Assembly (NCBI GenBank): GCA_947447995.1
Contig: CANFLQ010000001.1
Coordinates: forward strand, 25,372-89,371
Direction of reading: 5' to 3'
DNA length: 64,000 nucleotides
Origin: Bacteroidota bacterium
GTDB lineage: Bacteria > Bacteroidota > Bacteroidia > 2-12-FULL-35-15
The notes under the pieces: generated by a model
Told to the model about the DNA's origin: nothing
The model's input: only the letters and a program-made list of their open reading frames with translations
Database searches by the model: none
Translations under genes and position numbers: made by a program
Shown: piece by piece, positions 61,634 to 64,000 of the stretch
Layout: the number at the start of each line of letters is the position of its first letter
Position numbering within the stretch: position 1 is the stretch's first letter

Positions 61634-62078
61634 AATACCATTAATTACAAAAAAAATGAAATTATTTTTTTTGTAAAAATACTGTTTACATTGAACAATA
61701 AAAATTAATGAAAATAAAATATTATTTTAGTGTAACTTAATAAATAGATTACATATAAAACCACAAAGAATATAGTAGCCCAAATTATCAGCATATTCAA
61801 TATTTTAAAAATACAAACATTTTTTGAAGAACATAAATATTCGAAAAAAAACAATACAAAAAAATGATTGCAAATTAAAAACAAATACAATAAAAAAAGC
61901 ATTAAACATTACAAAATATAATATTCCAAAAAGTCAATAGCTTTTTCATTTTTTTTTAACTTTTTTTTGTGAATAAATGTTGCTGCGTAAATAAAGTTAT
62001 ATATATTTACACCTCAATAACCGCAAATACAGCCTACTTAAGACTTTTAATACATAAACTACATTATAAGAATACCGG
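61634..62078. other. Candidate oriC / dnaA promoter region (AT-rich, one near-consensus DnaA box)
   Basis: A 445-bp non-coding, very AT-rich stretch immediately upstream of dnaA. TGTGAATAA at 61968-61976 is the complement of TTATTCACA (8/9 match to TTATCCACA). TTATCAGCA at 61785-61793 matches 7/9. Support is weak. Confidence 0.3.
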
Positions 62079-63512
62079 ATGGAGAAAGGATACACTAAAG
62101 TTTGGGATAATTGCCTAGAAATAATAAAGGACAATGTTAGCTCACAAAGTTTTAAAACATGGTTTGAACCTATCAAACCTATAAAATTGGTTGGCAATGT
62201 GTTAACGATTCAAGTTCCTAGTCAGTTTTTTTATGAATGGTTAGAAGAACATTACATTAGTTTGTTAAAGAAAACAATAAAAAAAGAATTAGGTGCAACT
62301 GGTCGTTTAGAGTACAGTATTATTATGGAAAACAACTATAATAATGCGTCTAAACCATATACTGTTAAAGTTCCAGCTAATAATAAAAAGGAATTAAAAA
62401 ATCCATCGGTAGCTATGCCGATTGATTTAAACCAAAATACAATTCGTAACCCATTTATTATTCCAGGATTAAAAAAGATAAATGTAGAATCTCAACTTAA
62501 TCCAAATTATTCATTTGAAAATTTAGTTGAAGGAGATTGCAATCGTTTAGCTCGATCGGCAGGTTTTGCAGTAGCTAACAAACCTGGAGGAACTGCATTT
62601 AATCCATTATTAATATATGGCGGTGTAGGTTTAGGTAAAACACATTTGGCTCACGCTATTGGTATTCAAATTAAAAGTGAATTTCCAAACAAAACAGTGC
62701 TTTACGTTTCTTCCGAAAAATTTACTCAACAATATATAGACTCTGTTCGCAATAATAACATCAATGATTTTATTCACTTTTATCAAATGATAGATGTATT
62801 GATGATTGACGATGTTCAGTATTTTGCAGGTAAAGAAAAAACGCAAGATGTATTTTTTCACATCTTTAATCACTTGCACCAAACGGGTAAACAATTAGTT
62901 TTAACTGCTGATAAAGCGCCTGTTGAATTACAAGGATTTGAACAACGTTTGCTTTCCCGCTTTAAATGGGGCTTATCAGCCGACTTACAAGCACCTAGCT
63001 TAGAAACACGTATCGCTATTCTTGAAAAGAAAGTATATGCAGATGGTATTGATATGCCTAAAGAAGTACTTGAATATTTAGCATACAGTATTACTACAAA
63101 TGTTCGCGAATTAGAAGGTGCGCTTATTTCTTTACTTGCACAATCTTCTATGAACAGAAAAGCGATTACGCTTGAACTTGCAAAACAAATGATTGATAAG
63201 TTTGTTAAAAATACCGCTCGTGAAGTTTCTATTGATTACATACAAAAAGTTGTTTGTGATTATTTTGATATGCCACTTGAATTATTAAAATCAAAAACAC
63301 GTAAACGCGAAGTTGTTCAAGCTCGTCAAATAGCAATGTATTTCTCAAAATGTATGACAAAATCTTCATTAGCAACCATTGGTTTACATTGTGGAGGAAA
63401 GGATCATGCAACTGTATTACATGCTTGTCGTACTGTTAATAATCTTATGGATACAGACAAACGCTTTAAAAATTATATTGAAGAATTAAACAACAAAATT
63501 ACTATTCAATAA
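62079..63512 (+). CDS. dnaA: Chromosomal replication initiator protein DnaA
   Basis: 477 aa. VWDNCLEIIKDNV N-terminal domain, AAA+ Walker A GGVGLGKTHL, and DNA-binding domain RQIAMYFSKCMTKSSLATIGLHCGGKDHATVLHA. Confidence 0.97.
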   Translation: MEKGYTKVWDNCLEIIKDNVSSQSFKTWFEPIKPIKLVGNVLTIQVPSQFFYEWLEEHYISLLKKTIKKELGATGRLEYSIIMENNYNNASKPYTVKVPANNKKELKNPSVAMPIDLNQNTIRNPFIIPGLKKINVESQLNPNYSFENLVEGDCNRLARSAGFAVANKPGGTAFNPLLIYGGVGLGKTHLAHAIGIQIKSEFPNKTVLYVSSEKFTQQYIDSVRNNNINDFIHFYQMIDVLMIDDVQYFAGKEKTQDVFFHIFNHLHQTGKQLVLTADKAPVELQGFEQRLLSRFKWGLSADLQAPSLETRIAILEKKVYADGIDMPKEVLEYLAYSITTNVRELEGALISLLAQSSMNRKAITLELAKQMIDKFVKNTAREVSIDYIQKVVCDYFDMPLELLKSKTRKREVVQARQIAMYFSKCMTKSSLATIGLHCGGKDHATVLHACRTVNNLMDTDKRFKNYIEELNNKITIQ

Positions 63513-63535
63513 CATTTGAAAATACTTTGATAAAA

Positions 63536-63569
63536 AATAGGAATCAGCATATCTGATTCCTATTTTTTT
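63536..63569 (+). terminator. Rho-independent terminator after dnaA
   Basis: AATAGGAATCAG (63536-63547), loop CATAT, CTGATTCCTATT (63553-63564), then TTTTT. Confidence 0.75.
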
Positions 63570-63647
63570 GTTTCTTTTTTGTTAGAAATAAATTGTATTA
63601 CAATGCATTCGAGGAACAACGACACTAAACAAAGGCTTTAATAAACA

Positions 63648-64000
63648 ATGACTAAAATATTAATGGTTTGTTTGGGAAATATTTGTCGCTCCCCTTTAGC
63701 CGAAGGTATACTTCGTGATAAAACAAAGAAATTAAACCTAAATACCATAATTGATTCTGCAGGAACGTCAGATAATCATGTTGGACAACATCCAGATAAA
63801 CGCAGCATTTTAAATGCAAAAAAAAATGGTATTGATATATCACAGTTAAAAGCTCGCCAATTTAAGGTTTCTGATTTCGACATCTTTGATTACATATATG
63901 TAATGGATGAATATAATCTTGCAGATGTTCTAGAACTTGCAAGAAATGATAATGATAGAAAAAAAGTTGAATTTATTTTAAATAAAGCATTTCCAAATTC
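63648..64000 (+). CDS. Low-molecular-weight protein-tyrosine phosphatase (partial, runs off the window end)
   Basis: Not in the ORF track because it is open at the window edge. Hand translation from ATG 63648 gives MTKILMVCLGNICRSPLAEGILRDK..., containing the CX5R(S) P-loop of LMW-PTP/ArsC-like phosphatases. Confidence 0.88.
   Translation, partial: MTKILMVCLGNICRSPLAEGILRDKTKKLNLNTIIDSAGTSDNHVGQHPDKRSILNAKKNGIDISQLKARQFKVSDFDIFDYIYVMDEYNLADVLELARNDNDRKKVEFILNKAFPN

Noticed and set aside
61705-62197. Small ORFs 61705-61902 and 61997-62197 in the region upstream of dnaA
   Set aside because: Their Phe/Ile/Leu/Tyr-rich translations are typical of random ORFs in extremely AT-rich DNA, and the second overlaps the dnaA start. 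I treat the region as non-coding.

Overview
This is an AT-rich bacterial chromosome segment that I assign to the Bacteroidota. The assignment rests on two giant proteins ending in the T9SS type-B (CHU_C-like) sorting domain, a PorP/SprF gene, TAnnTTTG promoter motifs in front of both tRNAs, and an RRM-type RNA-binding protein. I support about 45 protein genes, 2 tRNAs and several hairpin terminators. I see no rRNA, CRISPR array, intact mobile element or recognisable defence system. Housekeeping genes are topB, ahcY, ribBA, aroC, uvrA, kdsC, maf, plsC, a LolD-type ABC ATPase, and dnaA with an AT-rich upstream region. Accessory and cell-surface content: (1) an asmA-like, ompA/TPR/PD40, 2805-aa SprB-repeat adhesin and porP/sprF block; (2) a 1717-aa protein with two glycine-rich domains and a type-B CTD but no adjacent porP/sprF; (3) a cohesin-like plus dockerin protein beside a truncated CUB-like surface protein; (4) a tightly packed five-gene operon at 45000-49279 whose products are all exported. 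That operon looks like a split Bacteroidota version of the Planctomycete PSCyt/DUF1549-type plus DUF1501-type pairs, whose function is unknown, and it is my best candidate for an undescribed system. Other points are a G10 tract inside the giant adhesin, a Baeyer-Villiger-type monooxygenase broken by a +1 homopolymer frameshift, a histone-H1-like/START-like fusion, an overlapping PAP2 and ArnT-like pair, a SET-domain gene next to tRNA-Ser with a possible IS1595 relic, a 22-bp inverted-repeat element and a 19-bp tandem direct repeat. All calls come from reading the sequence and the ORF translations by eye. No database search was run.
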